64,000 nucleotides of DNA from a virus (lineage: Duplodnaviria > Caudoviricetes). The notes under the pieces were generated by a model. That model did not search any database and was not told the origin of the DNA. It saw only the letters and a list, made by a program, of their open reading frames with translations. A program made the position numbers and the translations under genes. The stretch is taken from IMG/VR virus record IMGVR_UViG_3300023283_000076, positions 1-64,000 of that record; one strand, given 5' to 3'. This document shows positions 60,229 through 64,000 of this stretch, one piece after another. How positions within the stretch are numbered: the first letter of the stretch is position 1; every line of letters starts with the position of its first letter.

Positions 60229-62697
60229 GTGAAGCTCAATACCAGTAACTATAAGGCTACAGGCGCAGGATTTAAAGAAGTCGCAAAATTCAAGATGGAC
60301 ATGAACGCTAAGGCGGCTCGTGTTTTGTCTGATACTCTTTACAAGGATAAAATTGGTTCTATCATCCGTGAGATTAGCTGCAATGCTTTTGATGCTCACA
60401 TTGAAGCTGGGTGCCCTGAAAAGCCTTTTAAGGTTAAGCTGCCGGATGCTTTTGATCCTACCTTTTCGGTTCGTGATTTTGGACCGGGTTTGAGCCATGA
60501 GGACGTTGAAGGTATCTATACCACGTACTTTGGTTCTACTAAGGATCAGGCTAATGATGCTGTAGGCGCATTCGGGCTTGGTTCTAAGACTCCGTTTTCA
60601 TACACTGATTCATTCATGGTAACTTCCATTCATAAGGGTGTGAAGCGTGTATATAATGCTTATCTTGAAGAAGGGTTGCCACAGATTAGTATGTTCGGCG
60701 AAGGTGTAGAAACTGATGAGCCTAATGGTCTTGAAGTAACAGTAACTATTGATCCAAAGGATTTTCATGAATTTAAAAATTCATTGGTAAAGCAGCTTCG
60801 TTTCTTTCCAGTAAAGCCGGAAGCTAGTGTAGAATGGCCGACGATTGAAAAGGTAATTGCTAAGATTGATGGATTCATGTACTTTCAGTCAAGTAATGAT
60901 ATTATGCGTGGGTTCTTTATCAAGCAGGGTCCGGTAGCATATCCAGTAGATTTTGATTTGATTCGTGATTATTACACTACCCATATTAGTAAAACCGGAA
61001 GTTCTAAGAATCTGCCATATTATACTCGAAACCCGAAAAATGAAGGTGAACGTTTTATTCAGTTTCTTGAATCGTTCAATCGTCATTCATACGGTAGGTC
61101 TAATAATCATGGTGCATATATGGATATGCCCATTGGTACAGTAGAAGTTACTGCCAGCCGTGAAGGTATCTCTTACACTCAAGAAACGATGCATAACATT
61201 TGTGTTGCATTAGATAACGTTCGGAATAAAATGTTTGATTCTATCAAGCATGAGCTTGATGATGCTTTTGCTACTTCAAAAGGTGAGTTTTATAATTTGT
61301 ATAAGGATTTGCCGGAGTTCATGGTATCGTTTCTGCCGAAGGAACGGTTCAATCAAAAGTATAGCCCGTTTTATATTGATAAGAATAATACTTTTACTTT
61401 GAAACTTCCTAGAAAGTTTAAGGAGTTGGAAGTATCTACTTACAATACCATTAATAGTACGCCTAAGAAAGAAGCGCATTATTCATGGTCTAATTCAAAC
61501 AATCCTAATGGCAATGCTGACTATGAAAACTCTCCATTTGCGCTTAATGTATTGACGCACGTTCTTGGCGGTACTTCGGTTGGAGGTACTTCGGTTTACT
61601 ACAAGGATGAAAGTTATGCATTTGCTACAAGAGCGTATAATGATGCCGATACTAGAAAAATTGTAATCATTGAATTGCCAGAGGATAAGTACGATAGCTT
61701 TATTAAGTTTTTAGATGGTGCTGTGAAAAATATTACAAAGATATCTAGCCTTCCTATGCCGTCACGTAATACTAACTCTAGTAGTCATAGTATTACTGGT
61801 GGTCAGAAACGTTCTTGGTTCTGGTTGAACAGCCAAATTTTTAATAGTAGCAGTTTAACTAACACTTTGTATAGTTATGGTTGCGATCAAGAATTTGAAG
61901 AAACCATCGAAGATTATAATGGTAAGACTCTTGTATGTTTCAATACATTCAATAATAAGATTAGAGACACTGAGTTGCCATTTGAGATTCTACATTTGAT
62001 ATTTAATTATGTTACACTTAAAAAGTCTGATGATTATGCATGTATCGGCATTGCAGAAAAAGATATGAAACGTGCATTGAAAAATAATCCAAACAATTTT
62101 GTATCTGTCAAGGATTACTTTGAAACTCATAAGAGTGAAATCATTAAGGCAGTCCGAGACGGTATTAATGAAACTATTGTTGAAGAGTATGAAAACAGAA
62201 TGCGTAGGCATTTCGACGTAAACAGAATATTTAATACTCTTATGAATATCAAGATTGATCGAAGTATTACATTGGTTGGTCTGGATGATATTTTCTTATC
62301 GAAAGATGAGTATGAAGATAAGTCAGGTAGAGCGAAGCCAAGTCTCTTAGGTTCGATGCGCCCGAATAGTTTTAGGGACGCAATGACATATTTGGGTACG
62401 CATGATGTTTTAGACCGTCAACGGGATGCGCAAAAAATCCTAAATACTCTTGCCTCAATGGAACAAGTTGAAAAGGAATTAAAGGGTTTGAATGTTCCTA
62501 TTGTTTCTATGGTCGATAACCATAAGAAAATCGTAAAAATGTTTAAGAATCCAGTTAATAGAAAGAATTTTCTAAATCTGGTTATTGAAGGTAATATTGG
62601 AAATAGTTGCAGAATCTCTGACTATTGTTTTGATCCGAATACTATTCTGGTTGATCCGGTCAAGATTGCAAAAGAAATTATTGACGAAATTGCTTGA
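60229..62697 (+). CDS. rIIA: rIIA-like protein (copy B)
   Basis: Same motifs as copy A; N-terminal third nearly identical. Confidence 0.88.
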   Translation: MKLNTSNYKATGAGFKEVAKFKMDMNAKAARVLSDTLYKDKIGSIIREISCNAFDAHIEAGCPEKPFKVKLPDAFDPTFSVRDFGPGLSHEDVEGIYTTYFGSTKDQANDAVGAFGLGSKTPFSYTDSFMVTSIHKGVKRVYNAYLEEGLPQISMFGEGVETDEPNGLEVTVTIDPKDFHEFKNSLVKQLRFFPVKPEASVEWPTIEKVIAKIDGFMYFQSSNDIMRGFFIKQGPVAYPVDFDLIRDYYTTHISKTGSSKNLPYYTRNPKNEGERFIQFLESFNRHSYGRSNNHGAYMDMPIGTVEVTASREGISYTQETMHNICVALDNVRNKMFDSIKHELDDAFATSKGEFYNLYKDLPEFMVSFLPKERFNQKYSPFYIDKNNTFTLKLPRKFKELEVSTYNTINSTPKKEAHYSWSNSNNPNGNADYENSPFALNVLTHVLGGTSVGGTSVYYKDESYAFATRAYNDADTRKIVIIELPEDKYDSFIKFLDGAVKNITKISSLPMPSRNTNSSSHSITGGQKRSWFWLNSQIFNSSSLTNTLYSYGCDQEFEETIEDYNGKTLVCFNTFNNKIRDTELPFEILHLIFNYVTLKKSDDYACIGIAEKDMKRALKNNPNNFVSVKDYFETHKSEIIKAVRDGINETIVEEYENRMRRHFDVNRIFNTLMNIKIDRSITLVGLDDIFLSKDEYEDKSGRAKPSLLGSMRPNSFRDAMTYLGTHDVLDRQRDAQKILNTLASMEQVEKELKGLNVPIVSMVDNHKKIVKMFKNPVNRKNFLNLVIEGNIGNSCRISDYCFDPNTILVDPVKIAKEIIDEIA

Positions 62698-62756
62698 CAA
62701 TTGATTAAACGATAGGTTATACTATATACTCGTTAAACAAATAGGAGATTTATAAA

Positions 62757-63881
<1,125 letters not shown>

Positions 63882-64000
63882 CCAAGTCTAGCAAAAAATG
63901 GTGGTCAGTATGTAGTGTATGCTTTTTCTATTCCTTCTGGCGTATACCATACTGACCGCTTTTAAATTGACATATTTAACAATAGGAATTATTAGATACC

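Overview
AT-rich segment of a large lytic dsDNA phage, probably T4-like or jumbo class. Markers are rIIA/rIIB, Rnl1, a TATAAATA late promoter, many sigma70-type early promoters and a tRNA cluster; no capsid, terminase or integrase gene is seen. Layout: 2.8-20 kb holds small early-gene cassettes (ArdC, SprT-like protease, tandem-HTH paralogues, HerA-like ATPase) and several putative ncRNAs. 21-38 kb holds Rnl1, a vWA/metallopeptidase gene, TilS and most of the 16 tRNA or tRNA-like genes. 38-46.5 kb and 51.8-64 kb are two diverged copies of one early region in inverted orientation, flanking a second RNA ligase, a split Thg1 and a 21-aa repeat protein. The top finding is a ~290-nt promoter-driven RNA (32335-32625, minus) collinear with 23S rRNA domain II that retains the uL11/GTPase-centre fold with compensatory changes. 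Other notable items: a GOLLD-like large RNA with an embedded tRNA-Ile(UAU), a second large ornate RNA candidate, a 13-copy TTGACA-N17-TAAAGG element, clustered Fur-like boxes, and an 18-kb inversion inferred from a split gene. Many single-base frameshifts lie in homopolymers, so assembly error or chimerism must be excluded. All family assignments come from motif recognition and recalled reference sequences, not from database searches.
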